From an uncultured Collinsella sp. (GTDB lineage Bacteria; Actinomycetota; Coriobacteriia; Coriobacteriales; Coriobacteriaceae): a stretch of DNA of 64,000 bases. This document shows positions 9,372 through 20,231 of the stretch, one piece after another. Position numbers and translations under genes: made by a program. Below the pieces are notes generated by a model, which worked only from the letters and a program-made list of their open reading frames with translations, did no database searches and had not been told where the DNA came from. The stretch's first letter is position 1. Every line of letters begins with the position of its first letter. Location of the stretch: NCBI GenBank assembly GCA_900546455.1, contig URCS01000001.1, positions 3,040-67,039 on the forward strand, in the 5' to 3' direction.

Positions 9372-11183
9372 CTACTCGTCCACCTTGAGAATCGCCATAA
9401 AGGCCTCCTGCGGAACCTCGACCGAGCCGATGGCCTTCATGCGCTTTTTGCCCTCTTTCTGCTTCTCGAGCAGCTTGCGCTTTCGCGAGATATCGCCGCC
9501 ATAACACTTGGCCAGCACGTCCTTGCGGCGCGCTTTGACGGTAGAGCGGGCAATGATCTTGTTGCCGATGGCGCCCTGGATAGGCACCTCGAACAGCTGG
9601 CGCGGAATGATTTCCTTGAGCTTGTCGCACAGACCGCGGGCCAGGCCATAAGCCTTATCCTTGTGCACGATAAACGACAGCGCGTCCACCTCGTCGCCCG
9701 AAAGCAGGATGTCGAGCTTGACGAGCTCGGAGGGGCGATATTCGTTGAACTCGTAGTCGAGCGAGGCGTAACCCTTGGTGCGGCTCTTGAGCTGGTCAAA
9801 AAAGTCCAGAATGAGCTCGGCAAGCGGCATGTCGAAACGCATCTCGACCGATTTGCTCGTGAGATGGATCATGTCGGTTGTAATGCCGCGATGCTCGATA
9901 GCGAGCTGCATGACGGCACCCGTATACTCGGGCGGACAGATAATCTTGGCCTTGAGGTAGGGCTCCTCGATGCGCTCGATGCGCGTAGCCTCGGGCAGAT
10001 CCTGCGGGCTGCGAACATCAATCATCTCGCCGTCGGTCTTGTAGACGTGATAGTCCACCGAAGGGCTCGTGGCAATCAGGTCCAGGTTGAACTCGCGCTC
10101 CAGGCGCTCCTTGACGACCTCCATATGCAGCAGGCCCAAGAAGCCAACGCGGAAACCAAAGCCGAGCGCCACCGAAGTCTCGGGCTCCCACACCAACGAC
10201 GGGTCGTTGACATGCAGCTTATCGAGCGCGTCACGCAGGTTCTCGTAGTCCTTGTTATCGATCGGGAACAGGCCCGTATAGACCATGGGCTTAGCCTCGC
10301 GGTAACCGGGAAGCGGCTCGGGGCAGGGGTTCGACGCCCAGGTAAGGGTGTCGCCCACGCGAACGGCCTCGGGGTCCTTCAGGCCCGTGACCACGTATCC
10401 GACCTCGCCGACCGTCAGCGCGTCGACCGGCGTCTCGGCGGGACGCTTGACGCCCACGCCATCGACCAAAAAGTCGCCCTTTGCCTGCATCATGCGCAAG
10501 GTATCGCCCTTTTTGATGGAGCCGTCAAAGATGCGCACCGTGGCGACGACGCCACGATACTCGTCGAAGTATGAATCCAGAATGAGTGCCTTGAGCGGCG
10601 CATTCGCATCGCCCTTGGGCGGAGAGATCAGAAAGACAATGGACTCCAGCAGATCGTGGATGCCCTCGCCGGTCTTGCCCGAGACACACACGGCATCATC
10701 GGCAGGGATCGCCAGGTCATCCTCGATCTCGGTCTTAACCTCGTCGGGATGAGCCGAGGGCAGGTCGATCTTGTTGATGGCCGGCACAATGTCCAGATTG
10801 GCGTTCATGGCAAGCGTCGCGTTGGAGACGGTCTGTGCCTCGACGCCCTGTGTGGCGTCGACAACGAGCACCGCGCCCTCACAGGCTGCCAGCGAGCGCG
10901 AGACCTCATAGGTAAAGTCCACGTGGCCCGGCGTATCGATCAGATTGAACTGATACGTCTCGCCATCGTCGGCGTCATAGGACACGCGAACGGCATTGGA
11001 CTTGATCGTGATGCCGCGCTCGCGCTCGATATCCATGGTGTCGAGCAGCTGCGACTCCATGTCGCGCTCGTCGACGGTATGGGTGAGCTCGAGAATGCGG
11101 TCACTGATCGTGGACTTGCCATGGTCGATGTGCGCAACAATCGAGAAGTTGCGGATGTGGGAAATGTCAATTGAAGTATTCAT
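9372..11183 (-). CDS. lepA: Elongation factor 4 (LepA)
   Basis: [22 protein letters not shown] and the LepA-specific C-terminus. Start moved to the ATG at 11183 ([13 protein letters not shown]). Confidence 0.97.
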   Translation of the reverse strand: MNTSIDISHIRNFSIVAHIDHGKSTISDRILELTHTVDERDMESQLLDTMDIERERGITIKSNAVRVSYDADDGETYQFNLIDTPGHVDFTYEVSRSLAACEGAVLVVDATQGVEAQTVSNATLAMNANLDIVPAINKIDLPSAHPDEVKTEIEDDLAIPADDAVCVSGKTGEGIHDLLESIVFLISPPKGDANAPLKALILDSYFDEYRGVVATVRIFDGSIKKGDTLRMMQAKGDFLVDGVGVKRPAETPVDALTVGEVGYVVTGLKDPEAVRVGDTLTWASNPCPEPLPGYREAKPMVYTGLFPIDNKDYENLRDALDKLHVNDPSLVWEPETSVALGFGFRVGFLGLLHMEVVKERLEREFNLDLIATSPSVDYHVYKTDGEMIDVRSPQDLPEATRIERIEEPYLKAKIICPPEYTGAVMQLAIEHRGITTDMIHLTSKSVEMRFDMPLAELILDFFDQLKSRTKGYASLDYEFNEYRPSELVKLDILLSGDEVDALSFIVHKDKAYGLARGLCDKLKEIIPRQLFEVPIQGAIGNKIIARSTVKARRKDVLAKCYGGDISRKRKLLEKQKEGKKRMKAIGSVEVPQEAFMAILKVDE

Positions 11184-11279
11184 GCGGACTATCTTACCCG
11201 AGCGGTACAAAAAATGGAGCCTGTTCCATAAAACAGGCTCCATTTATGCGCGTAATCTGTGTGGTGTGAAATTTACAAC

Positions 11280-11546
11280 TTAAGCGTTGATGCTGTTCAC
11301 GAGCTTGGCAAGACCGGACTTGCGGTTGGAAGCCTGGTTCTTGTGGATAACATGCTTGGCGGCAGCCATGTCGAGACGCTTGGTGACGGTCTTGAGGGCA
11401 GCCTGGGCCTTCTCGGCGTCGCCCTCGGCGACGGCGGACTGGACGTGCTTGGTCAGCGTCTTGAGCTCGGACTTGACAGCCTTGTTACGCATGCGAGCTG
11501 CCTCATTGGTGCGGATACGCTTCTTCTGAGACTTGATGTTTGCCAC
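11280..11546 (-). CDS. rpsT: 30S ribosomal protein S20
   Basis: [22 protein letters not shown].... GTG start at 11546 after AAGGA. Confidence 0.93.
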   Translation of the reverse strand: MANIKSQKKRIRTNEAARMRNKAVKSELKTLTKHVQSAVAEGDAEKAQAALKTVTKRLDMAAAKHVIHKNQASNRKSGLAKLVNSINA

Positions 11547-11679
11547 TTCTGGAGTTCCTTTCGAGTTCCTTGCAAAAAATGTATGACACCTCTGAGACAC
11601 GGTGAGGTCATGCAAGCGCCTACTATAGCACGCTCCCCCTCAAAGGGATAGAACGAATTTGTCAAATAGGCAGGTATCA

Positions 11680-12642
11680 TCACGATTTTCTCAAGATGTT
11701 CGTAATCCAGAGCAAAAGCGCGGCCTCAGAATCGGCCGAACCCTTGAGCGCGAGCTCTACATCGACCGCCCCCTCGAGCGCCGCGACGAGCTCTGCCATC
11801 GAAAAGCGACGTGCCCAGGTCAAGTGATTCTTGACCTGCCAGGACTGGAGCTTGAGCGTTGCGGCCAGCTCACGACCCTGTCCGCGCGCATCGAGCGCCT
11901 TGGCGACGATAAGCTCGCGGATGCGGCCGCACAGCAACGTGTAAGTCCACACGTAGCTCTTGGCGGGCAATAGATTGAAAAGCTCGAGCGAGCGTCGCAT
12001 GTCACGTGCCGAGACCGCATTGAGAAAGTCCCAGGGTTGAACCTCGGCCGTACGTACAATCCAGCGCTCAACGTCGGTAAGCTCAATCTGGGGCGCCTCG
12101 ACCATCTGGGCAAGCTTAGCCAAGTCGTTATCGAGCATGCGAGTGTTCTCGCCCGAACGCGAGACGAGCTCCTCGGCGGCCGCCGTCGAGATCGACTTGC
12201 CGCGCTGCGTCGCCATCTGCTGCACGCGACGCGGTAGCTCCCAGCGTTTGGTGCCGGAGCAATCGATCACGGCCTTCTTATCGATCTTGGCGATCGCCTT
12301 ATACAGGCGTGTGTTCTTGGCAAGCGAGTCGGCAATGATGAGGCAGACCGTTGTGGGGCTGGGACTCGCCAAATACTCGACAAGCGGCTCCGAGACCGCC
12401 TTGGCGAGCTTTGAACAGCCGTCAAGGATTACCAGGCGAAACTCGCTGCCCATCGGAAAGGTGTTAAGCGATCCGATAATCGACTCGATATCGGGGTCTT
12501 TGGTCATATCGCGCTCGTCGAGGTTGAACTCGACCATGCCCGTCTTTTCCAGACGCGCTTTCATACGCGAGACGGCGTGATCGCGCTTGACGCCGTCGGT
12601 ACCGACGATCAGATATGCCGGCAGCAGACCGGTTTCGGACAT
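11680..12642 (-). CDS. holA: DNA polymerase III subunit delta
   Basis: About 320 aa, delta-subunit-like (YLIVGTD..., C-terminal helical domain). Conserved comEC-holA-rpsT arrangement. The ATG at 12642 follows GGGAGGGGA. Confidence 0.8.
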   Translation of the reverse strand: MSETGLLPAYLIVGTDGVKRDHAVSRMKARLEKTGMVEFNLDERDMTKDPDIESIIGSLNTFPMGSEFRLVILDGCSKLAKAVSEPLVEYLASPSPTTVCLIIADSLAKNTRLYKAIAKIDKKAVIDCSGTKRWELPRRVQQMATQRGKSISTAAAEELVSRSGENTRMLDNDLAKLAQMVEAPQIELTDVERWIVRTAEVQPWDFLNAVSARDMRRSLELFNLLPAKSYVWTYTLLCGRIRELIVAKALDARGQGRELAATLKLQSWQVKNHLTWARRFSMAELVAALEGAVDVELALKGSADSEAALLLWITNILRKS

Positions 12643-12720
12643 TGCGCTCCCCTCCCGCAGGCCTTCGTATTCGCTCCGTGCCATTCTAGCCCAGGGGCCC
12701 ACCACACGCCAACGATGTCG

Positions 12721-15036
12721 TCACGGTTGCTGGCATCGCATCGCAAAGCCATTCGCAGTCGGCGTGACGGTAATGTCGCCGTGTTCGATAGTGCACGCGA
12801 ACACGGCGCCCGCTTCCTTAACGGCATCGATGCAGGCATCGGACGGATGGCCGTATCGATTCCCTTCGCCCGCACTCGCGAGGGAAAGCTCGGGCTTCAG
12901 GACGTCCAGCAACTCATCATCGACTGAAACCTTAGAGCCGTGATGCCCAAGTTTAAGTACGTCGATATCCCCCACCTCCTGCACGAATTCCCGTTCTTGG
13001 TCGATCTCGGCATCACCGGTGAGGAGCATACGCAGGCCCTTGCCTTCCTGAACATATGAGAGCAGCAGGACAAGCGAGTCCTCATTTCCCTCACCATCCA
13101 CGGACTCGAATGGCCACATCACGCGGGCGCAAAATGAGCCGATATCGACCGTATCCCCACGGCGCACCTGCCGATACTCCACGCCAGGTCGGTTCAATAC
13201 CTCGGCAGGAGCATCCTCCAGCGCATCCGCCGCCACGGCAATCGTACCGACCGGAAACTGTTCGAGCACGGCAGGCAGACCACCCCAGTGATCCTCATCC
13301 CAATGCGTCACAAAGACGGCATCGATATGGTGCACGTTATTGCGAACCAACGCCGCCACCACGCGCTCGTCGAGCCCGCAGTCGACGAGTGCCACTGCAC
13401 CGCCCTGGCGGATAAGAATCGCATCGGCCTGGCCCACATCGAGCACCGTCACAGAAGGCGGAGCGAATCGATCCCAGTAGACGTACGGAATCGCAGCCAG
13501 GAACACCAGACATGCAAGCCCCACCGCCACAGGACGTGCACGGGGACGCGGCCACCAGACCAGCAGCACCGCCAGCAAACACGGCACTAGATAAATCCAC
13601 ATGCTATCGGGCGGCACGCTCACGGATGCACCCGGCACGGCGGCAAACAGCTGCTCGAAGAACAGCGCGCAACGGGAGGCAATCATGGGCACAACGAGCG
13701 CCCAAGTCCGCAACGGTGCCACGAGCGAAAAGGGAACCAGCACGATCGACACGGCAAGCAGTACGCTCACCACCGGACCGATGACCGCATTTGCCAGCGG
13801 AGCAATGAGCGAGAACGTACCGAAGGCAGGAATGGTAATGGGAAGTGTCGCCAGTTGCGAGCACAGCGTGACGGAAAGCATGCTGGCAACGTCTGATGGC
13901 ACACCCAGCTCACCCAAAGCGTAGGTCGCATAGGGGCAAAAGCACAGAATGGCTAAGACGCTGGCACATGAAAGCTGAAAACCCATCTCGAACAGCACCG
14001 TCGGCCGCAGTAGCACAAAGATGGACATGGTAACAAAGAGTGCCGATGCGCCGTGCCGGCGACGCCCCGCGCCGTTTACGACAAGCGTCGCGAACACCAT
14101 GCAGCACGCGCGCACGGCCGAGGGAGACGCGCCCGTAAAGGCAGCGTAGCCCACAAGCGTTATCGCCAATATCGCCCGCTGAAGACCACGTGAACACCGA
14201 GTCTTTTGCAATACGCCCTCGATTACAAACCCCACGATAGCCAAATGGCTGCCCGAGACGGCGATAAGATGCGCCGTTCCCGTCACCGAAAACCAATCGC
14301 CAGCCGACTGGGCGCGCAGCTCGGACGAACGACCACAGACGACACCGGCTATGAGCGCACGCGCCAGGTCGGTCGCAGGCGCGATGGACGCAAGCAGCCC
14401 ATTTCGCAGCCGAAGCAGCGGGCCCGGAGAGCCCTCATCGACCGGCACAATCCGAACGGCTTGAACCTTGCGCACCTCGCCTCGGAGCACACGCGATCGT
14501 CCATACGCATCGTTCTCAAAACGTGAAACGCGACCGATAACACGCATGTGCGCCCCGACCCTGAGCTCGCGGTCACACGATAGGCGAACCGTTGCCAAGT
14601 TCTTGCCGTCCGCGCGTGCCTCGCAGGTATAGGAATACACGTCGTCGTTTATGGATGGATCACCCTGCACGACAAACTCGAGGCTGCTTGCCGCTCGAGC
14701 GTCGAGCGCCTTCGAGGCGCTTAGCGCGCCCACAGCCCACCACGCCGAGACGACCGCTCCCGCCACGAGACCGACGGACGCGGCATACAGCCACCGCTTC
14801 CAAGGGGCAAGCCGCGCACAAAATTGAGCCAGCACAACGAATACCGCCGCCGCAACGGGAATGGCCCATAGCAGCCCGACCGCCGGCGCCTGCTCCCTCA
14901 GCAGCACATCAGCGGCCACGTTGAGCACCAAGGCGCAGCTCATGCACACGCCGGCACACAGAGCCATCGTCCACGGCATCAAGGGCCGCGGAGGCATCAC
15001 ATGCTCGCGCTCTGTCGCACTCATACGCAGATGCAA
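12721..15036 (-). CDS. comEC: DNA internalization competence protein ComEC/Rec2
   Basis: Long polytopic membrane region plus a C-terminal metallo-beta-lactamase domain (VFVTHWDEDHWGG). Start uncertain. Confidence 0.9.
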   Translation of the reverse strand: MHLRMSATEREHVMPPRPLMPWTMALCAGVCMSCALVLNVAADVLLREQAPAVGLLWAIPVAAAVFVVLAQFCARLAPWKRWLYAASVGLVAGAVVSAWWAVGALSASKALDARAASSLEFVVQGDPSINDDVYSYTCEARADGKNLATVRLSCDRELRVGAHMRVIGRVSRFENDAYGRSRVLRGEVRKVQAVRIVPVDEGSPGPLLRLRNGLLASIAPATDLARALIAGVVCGRSSELRAQSAGDWFSVTGTAHLIAVSGSHLAIVGFVIEGVLQKTRCSRGLQRAILAITLVGYAAFTGASPSAVRACCMVFATLVVNGAGRRRHGASALFVTMSIFVLLRPTVLFEMGFQLSCASVLAILCFCPYATYALGELGVPSDVASMLSVTLCSQLATLPITIPAFGTFSLIAPLANAVIGPVVSVLLAVSIVLVPFSLVAPLRTWALVVPMIASRCALFFEQLFAAVPGASVSVPPDSMWIYLVPCLLAVLLVWWPRPRARPVAVGLACLVFLAAIPYVYWDRFAPPSVTVLDVGQADAILIRQGGAVALVDCGLDERVVAALVRNNVHHIDAVFVTHWDEDHWGGLPAVLEQFPVGTIAVAADALEDAPAEVLNRPGVEYRQVRRGDTVDIGSFCARVMWPFESVDGEGNEDSLVLLLSYVQEGKGLRMLLTGDAEIDQEREFVQEVGDIDVLKLGHHGSKVSVDDELLDVLKPELSLASAGEGNRYGHPSDACIDAVKEAGAVFACTIEHGDITVTPTANGFAMRCQQP

Positions 15037-15734
15037 TCTTTGATTTTGGCAAGCTTCTTCTCGCCGATCCCCGACACACGCATCAGATCGTCAACCGAGG
15101 CAAAAGCACCGTTCTTTGTACGCTCATCGATAATCGACTGGGCCATGGAGGGGCCGATGCCCGAGAGCGTCTGCAGCTCTGCCGCACTTGCCGTATTGAT
15201 GTTTACTAGGCCTGTTGCGCCACTCACGCCCGATGATGCGGAAGCCCCACCATCAACACCGGCTTCCGAAATGGACGCCTGCTGTTCCCCTACCGTTGGA
15301 ACGTGAATTTTTTGTCCATCAGTGACCTTAGATGCCCGATTGAGCCCCGTAACGTCTGCCTCGGGCGCCAGCCCGCCGGCGGCATCAATCGCCTGAGCCA
15401 CCCGAGCGCCGTCCTTGAGCCGATATACGCCGGGCGACACAACGGCGCCATCAACATCGACATAAACCTCTGCCGCGGCAGAAGCCTTTGTCGAAGAACC
15501 TTCGGATGTCTTTCCGCTTGAGGCATCACCGGATCCCGGCTCCACCAACGAGCCCGAACCGTCAGTGCGCTCAAACGACACGCCACCGGAACCACCGCCA
15601 AGGTTCGCCATCGCCAGTCCACTCGCCATCGCAATGACGACCAGTATCGCCATCACCACTGCCTTATGACCGAGTAGCTTGTCCGCCAAGCGGTCCATCC
15701 GTTTGACCCGTTCGTGTTGTTCGCGCTGCGCCAT
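15021..15734 (-). CDS. comEA: Competence protein ComEA (DNA receptor, helix-hairpin-helix)
   Basis: TM helix, low-complexity linker, and tandem HhH motifs (INTASAAELQTLSGIGPSMAQSII...VSGIGEKKLAKI). The ATG at 15734 follows GGGAGG. Confidence 0.85.
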   Translation of the reverse strand: MAQREQHERVKRMDRLADKLLGHKAVVMAILVVIAMASGLAMANLGGGSGGVSFERTDGSGSLVEPGSGDASSGKTSEGSSTKASAAAEVYVDVDGAVVSPGVYRLKDGARVAQAIDAAGGLAPEADVTGLNRASKVTDGQKIHVPTVGEQQASISEAGVDGGASASSGVSGATGLVNINTASAAELQTLSGIGPSMAQSIIDERTKNGAFASVDDLMRVSGIGEKKLAKIKDCICV

Positions 15735-15947
15735 AGCAAAACCTCCCAACAACATCGTGTCAGGAAAAGAGTCCTGCAACAGCCATTCTCCAAAACCGGT
15801 TTTCGCGGTCAAACCAAAAGCCGACCAAAACCTTGCGAAATACTGTCCATTTATTCAGGCACACGTCAGCAAATGAACACTTAGCCGCAAAATGCCCAGA
15901 TAGCAAAAGACCGACGATGCAGACGCATCGTCGGTCTATGCACAAAA

Positions 15948-17192
15948 TTACTCGTGATCTTGGTAAATCTCACGCGGAGCAAGCTCCGAATGTTTGCGTT
16001 TTAAGGTCTTAGGGGCCTTATACGTGTTGCTCTCGAAGTCGATGTACTCGGTCTGCTTGAGCAGGCGCTCGATCATCTCCTCGTGATCGAACAACTCCCA
16101 GGCCTCATGCACGGCATCGAGTTTAGCGTGCGTCTCGGGACGGCGCGGCATAAACAGCGTGCAGCAGTCGGGAGCGGCCTCAGTCGAGATATCGAACGTA
16201 CCGATCTCCTCGGCGCGCGCGATGATCTCCTGCTTGTCCGAACCGATGAGAGGACGGAACACGGGGATCTTCACGGCCTCGTTGACGGCCATGATATTCT
16301 CAAGCGTTTGGGAGGCAACCTGCCCAAGCGATTCGCCCGTCACGATGGCCTTGGCGCCCTCGATGTGCGCAATGCGCTCGGCAACCGAATACATAATACG
16401 GCGATACATGATCACGCGCAGGTTGCTGGGACAGGTGACCGAAATCTCACGCTGGCAGTCACCAAACGGCACCACGTACAGGCGGCCGATCTGGACACCC
16501 GGCTCAAGCGCACGGATGATGTCCTGCACCAAATACTCGCTCGTATCGGGCGTCTGCGGACGACCGGAGAAATGTACCGGCACGCACACCGCGCCGCGAC
16601 GCGCGAGCATCCAGGTCGCCACCGGAGAATCGATACCCGACGACAGCAGCGTCACGACCTTGCCGGCAGAACCCACCGGCAGACCGCCCACACCGCGCTC
16701 GGAGCGCGCATACACGTAGACGCTACCCTGGACCACCAGTACGTGCACCATAGCGTCAGGATCGTGCATCTGAACCTTTTTATCAGGAAACGCCTCGCAC
16801 AACACCTCGCCCACCTGACGATTGATGTCAATCGAGGTGAGCTCATAGTCAGTATTGGAGCGCTTGGCGTGCACCTTAAACGAATCGAAAGGACCAAACT
16901 CGCGCAGCGCCTTGACGGCGGCGGCACAGTACTCCTGCGGGTCGCGGTTAGTGTGATACGCCAAAGACACACGAGCAACGCCGGGAACGGTGCGAATGAC
17001 ACGCGCCGCCTCATCGGCCTGATGCTCGTTAAAGGTCACGAGGATATAACCGGAAATTCGAGACACGGCATTCACGGAAAAGGCGGCCAAGGCCGCCTTG
17101 ATGTTATCCATGAGGATATGCTCAAAATGTGCGCGGTTCTTGCCCTTCAGTCCAACCTCGTGATAGTGGACCAGACAGACGCGAGCTGCCAT
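15948..17192 (-). CDS. thiI: tRNA 4-thiouridine synthase ThiI
   Basis: THUMP-type N-terminus and PP-loop LLSSGIDSPVA. Confidence 0.9.
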   Translation of the reverse strand: MAARVCLVHYHEVGLKGKNRAHFEHILMDNIKAALAAFSVNAVSRISGYILVTFNEHQADEAARVIRTVPGVARVSLAYHTNRDPQEYCAAAVKALREFGPFDSFKVHAKRSNTDYELTSIDINRQVGEVLCEAFPDKKVQMHDPDAMVHVLVVQGSVYVYARSERGVGGLPVGSAGKVVTLLSSGIDSPVATWMLARRGAVCVPVHFSGRPQTPDTSEYLVQDIIRALEPGVQIGRLYVVPFGDCQREISVTCPSNLRVIMYRRIMYSVAERIAHIEGAKAIVTGESLGQVASQTLENIMAVNEAVKIPVFRPLIGSDKQEIIARAEEIGTFDISTEAAPDCCTLFMPRRPETHAKLDAVHEAWELFDHEEMIERLLKQTEYIDFESNTYKAPKTLKRKHSELAPREIYQDHE

Positions 17193-17474
17193 TTAGGCTT
17201 CAGCAACCTTGTGGCCGAGCGCCTTCTCGTAACGGGCCTCGTCGTAAGAGATGTCGCCATCGACAATCTCGTCCATAGCCATCGAGATGGTATCGGCACC
17301 GGAAAGCCCGATGGTGATGTCATCGACATCCTGGACGGCAAGCACGCGGTTGTGCTGGCCACGCAGCATGCTATTGATGTCGCAGGCGCGCTTGGAGGCA
17401 AGCGAAGCGAGCAGGAAGCGGTTGTGATCGGTCTTCTCCAGAAGATCGTCAATGCAAGGCTTTACAACGGACAC
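17193..17474 (-). CDS. rpoZ: RNA polymerase subunit omega
   Basis: 93 aa, ...NRFLLASLASKRACDIN.... Conserved gmk-rpoZ pairing. Confidence 0.9.
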   Translation of the reverse strand: MSVVKPCIDDLLEKTDHNRFLLASLASKRACDINSMLRGQHNRVLAVQDVDDITIGLSGADTISMAMDEIVDGDISYDEARYEKALGHKVAEA

Positions 17475-17479
17475 GGACC

Positions 17480-18049
17480 TCAGATCCTTTCATGCATATC
17501 GAGAACGCGAACGAGCTCATCGGTCGCGCGGTCGAGATCGTCATTTACCACGACGTCGTCGTAGCGGTCGGCAAGGGCAAGCTCATCGGCGGCGTTTGCC
17601 ATACGCAGCTCAATCGTCTCGGGCGTCTCGGTACCGCGACCGACTAGACGCTCGCGGAGTACCTCAAGCGAAGGCGGCTTGATAAAGATCAGCACGGCCT
17701 CGGGGAAACGCTCCTTCACCTGCAGGGCACCCTGGACATCGATCTCCAAGATGAGAGACGAACCAGAGGCGAGCTTGGACTGAACCTCGCTCACCAACGT
17801 GCCGTAGCAGTTACCGTGGACCTCGGCCCACTCAACAAACTCACCGTTTGCCACGCGGCGGTCGAACTCCTCACGCGTCAGGAAAAAGTAATTGACGCCA
17901 TCGACCTCGCCTTTGCGTGGGGCTCGCGTGGTAGCCGAAACCGTCAGGCCCAGGTTAGAGCGACGCTCGCGAACACGAGTGACGAGCGTACCCTTGCCTG
18001 CGCCTGACGGTCCAGAAATCACAAAGAGCTTGGAATCCTGAGCGCTCAC
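17480..18049 (-). CDS. gmk: Guanylate kinase
   Basis: P-loop ISGPSGAGKGTL and GMP-binding region. Confidence 0.95.
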   Translation of the reverse strand: MSAQDSKLFVISGPSGAGKGTLVTRVRERRSNLGLTVSATTRAPRKGEVDGVNYFFLTREEFDRRVANGEFVEWAEVHGNCYGTLVSEVQSKLASGSSLILEIDVQGALQVKERFPEAVLIFIKPPSLEVLRERLVGRGTETPETIELRMANAADELALADRYDDVVVNDDLDRATDELVRVLDMHERI

Positions 18050-18358
18050 TTATTTGGTCAGCTGCTCGAGGAGCTGCTCGCGCTGACGGACGCCGAGGCC
18101 CTGGACGCGACGGGTAGCGGAGATACCGAGCTCCTCCATGATCTTGGCGGCCTTGGCCTTGCCATAACCAGGGAGAGACTCGATGAGGGTGGAAACCTTC
18201 ATGCGGGAAGCGATGGGGTCATCGGAGTTGAGCACGGACTCGAGGGACTTCTCGCCCTTCTTGATCTGCTCGCGAAGCTCAGCGCGGGCGTGACGTGCGG
18301 CAGCAGCCTTCTCAAGAGCCTGCTTGCGCTGCTCATCGGTAAGCTGAGGGAGTGCCAT
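18050..18358 (-). CDS. mihF: Actinobacterial integration host factor (mIHF-like)
   Basis: ALPQLTDEQRKQALEKAAAAR...LPGYGKAKAAKIMEELGI.... The mihF-gmk-rpoZ order is typical of Actinomycetota. The ATG at 18358 follows GGAGG. Confidence 0.85.
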   Translation of the reverse strand: MALPQLTDEQRKQALEKAAAARHARAELREQIKKGEKSLESVLNSDDPIASRMKVSTLIESLPGYGKAKAAKIMEELGISATRRVQGLGVRQREQLLEQLTK

Positions 18359-18597
18359 TCGTACCTCCAAAAAGTTGGGTTATATCTGATTCAATAATTG
18401 GCATTTTAGCACGTAGAACGTACAAAATGCCCAATCGCGGCTCCATAGGTTAGACGATACCCGCAAAAAGTGCAATATACTGCGCCCAAAGTTAAGCCCC
18501 TGACCTGCGATTCCACACAAAGGATGAGAAAGTTTACGCAGGCACAGGGGCTATTTTGTGCTAATGAGACCCAAAAGTGGTGACTTAGGGGAATCTT

Positions 18598-19314
18598 TTA
18601 GGCGACGTTTTCGACCAGCTCAGCGACAATAGCGTCAAAGGCGGCAACCGGATCGTCGGCGCCGGTAATGGGGCGGCCCACCACGATATGGCTCGCGCCG
18701 CGCTCGATAGCCTGGGAAGGCGTGGCCACGCGGGACTGATCGCCCAGCGCAGCACCAACCGGACGCACGCCCGGGGTCACAATCAGCGCATCGGGGCCTA
18801 GCAGCTCACGCATGTCATGAGCCTCCATCGGCGAGCACACGATGCCGTCGATACCGTTGGCCTGGGCGAGTTTTGCCAGACGGGCGGCCTCCTCGGCAAC
18901 GGGCGACTCGACGCCGATCTCGCTCAGCGCATCCTGATTCATGCTCGTAAGCACGGTGATGGCGACGAGCTTGGCTCGATCCTCGCGTGCCTCCTCGGCA
19001 CCCTCACGGCAGGCGGCGAGCATAGCACCCGAACCCAAGCCGTGAACCGAAAGCAGGTCGGCACCGGCAAGCGAGGCCGAGCGAGCGGCACCGCGCACCT
19101 GATGCGGAATGTCATGGAACTTAAGGTCAAGGAAGACCTTAAAGCCCAGGTCCTTGAACGTCTTGACGATCTCGGGACCCTCGGCGTAATAGAGCGTCAT
19201 GCCCACTTTAAGCCAGGCGGCATGGCCCGAAAGCTCATGGGCGAGCTCGAGCGCACGCTCACGGTCGCAGTCGAGGGCGACGATAACGCGGTCGCGGGCA
19301 TCGGTCTCTAGCAT
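18598..19314 (-). CDS. pyrF: Orotidine 5'-phosphate decarboxylase
   Basis: VALD...DLKFHDIP motifs. Start moved to the ATG at 19314 (MLETDARDRVIVALD), overlapping the pyrD stop. Confidence 0.9.
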   Translation of the reverse strand: MLETDARDRVIVALDCDRERALELAHELSGHAAWLKVGMTLYYAEGPEIVKTFKDLGFKVFLDLKFHDIPHQVRGAARSASLAGADLLSVHGLGSGAMLAACREGAEEAREDRAKLVAITVLTSMNQDALSEIGVESPVAEEAARLAKLAQANGIDGIVCSPMEAHDMRELLGPDALIVTPGVRPVGAALGDQSRVATPSQAIERGASHIVVGRPITGADDPVAAFDAIVAELVENVA

Positions 19315-20231
19315 TCGAAAGCACCTACCAACTCGTTGATGTCCTTCACGCCCTGGGACTCGGCCCAGGCCTCGAGCTCGCGCGCAATCTTGAGCGAAGC
19401 GCACGGATCGACGAAGTTGGCCATACCGACCGATACGCAGGTGGCGCCGGCCAGGATAAACTCGGCCGCATCCTCACCGGTCATGACGCCGCCGACGCCG
19501 TTGATGGGGATATCGACGGCCTGGGCAACCTCCCAGACCATACGCACGGCGATGTGATGGCACAGCGGGCCCGAAAGACCGCCCTTGGGCTTGGCCACAC
19601 GCGACTTGCGGGTGTGAACGTCGATGGCCATACCCTGGATGGAGTTGATGACCGAAAGGCCGTCGGCGCCGGCGGCCTCGAGGGCGCGGGCGATCTCGGC
19701 GACGTTGACCGGGGCCATCTTCACAAACAGCGGCTTGTCGGTCACCTTGCGGCAGGCGGCCATGACGGCAGAGGCGCCCTCGGGCGTGGAGCCCATGGCG
19801 GCACCGCCGGCGGCAATGTTGGGACAGCTCACGTTGATCTCATAGCCGGCAGCCCAGGGGCACAGCTCGACATACATCTCGAGCGCACGGACGAACTCGT
19901 CCACGGAATGACCGGCAACCTGGCAGATGACCTGGCAGCCGTCCTTGGAGAGCTGCTCGAGCCACGGACCGGACTCGCGGGCGAAAGCGGCCACACCGGG
20001 GTTCTGCAGGCCCACGGAATTGATCATGCCGCCGGGGATCTCGGCCATGCGGGGTGCGGGATTGCCGGGCCAGGGCTCGGCAGCGCAACCCTTGGTGGTG
20101 ATGGCACCCAGCTGGGAGACATCGAAGAAGTTCTGGAACTGCCAACCGTAGCCAAAGGTACCGGCTGCGGTGTTGATGGGGTTCTGCATCTTGACGCCGC
20201 CGAAATCGACGGCCATGTTCACGGTACCCAC
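19308..20231 (-). CDS. pyrD: Dihydroorotate dehydrogenase, catalytic subunit (class 1B)
   Basis: 307-aa TIM-barrel DHODH, paired with the pyrK electron-transfer subunit. Confidence 0.93.
   Translation of the reverse strand: MGTVNMAVDFGGVKMQNPINTAAGTFGYGWQFQNFFDVSQLGAITTKGCAAEPWPGNPAPRMAEIPGGMINSVGLQNPGVAAFARESGPWLEQLSKDGCQVICQVAGHSVDEFVRALEMYVELCPWAAGYEINVSCPNIAAGGAAMGSTPEGASAVMAACRKVTDKPLFVKMAPVNVAEIARALEAAGADGLSVINSIQGMAIDVHTRKSRVAKPKGGLSGPLCHHIAVRMVWEVAQAVDIPINGVGGVMTGEDAAEFILAGATCVSVGMANFVDPCASLKIARELEAWAESQGVKDINELVGAFEC

Noticed and set aside
18397-18435. Imperfect inverted repeat ATTGGCATTTT...AAAATGCCCAAT between pyrF and mihF.
   Set aside because: It could be a pyrF terminator or a mihF operator. 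It has one bulge and no clear U-tract, and I have no way to discriminate between the two. It is ordinary intergenic structure.
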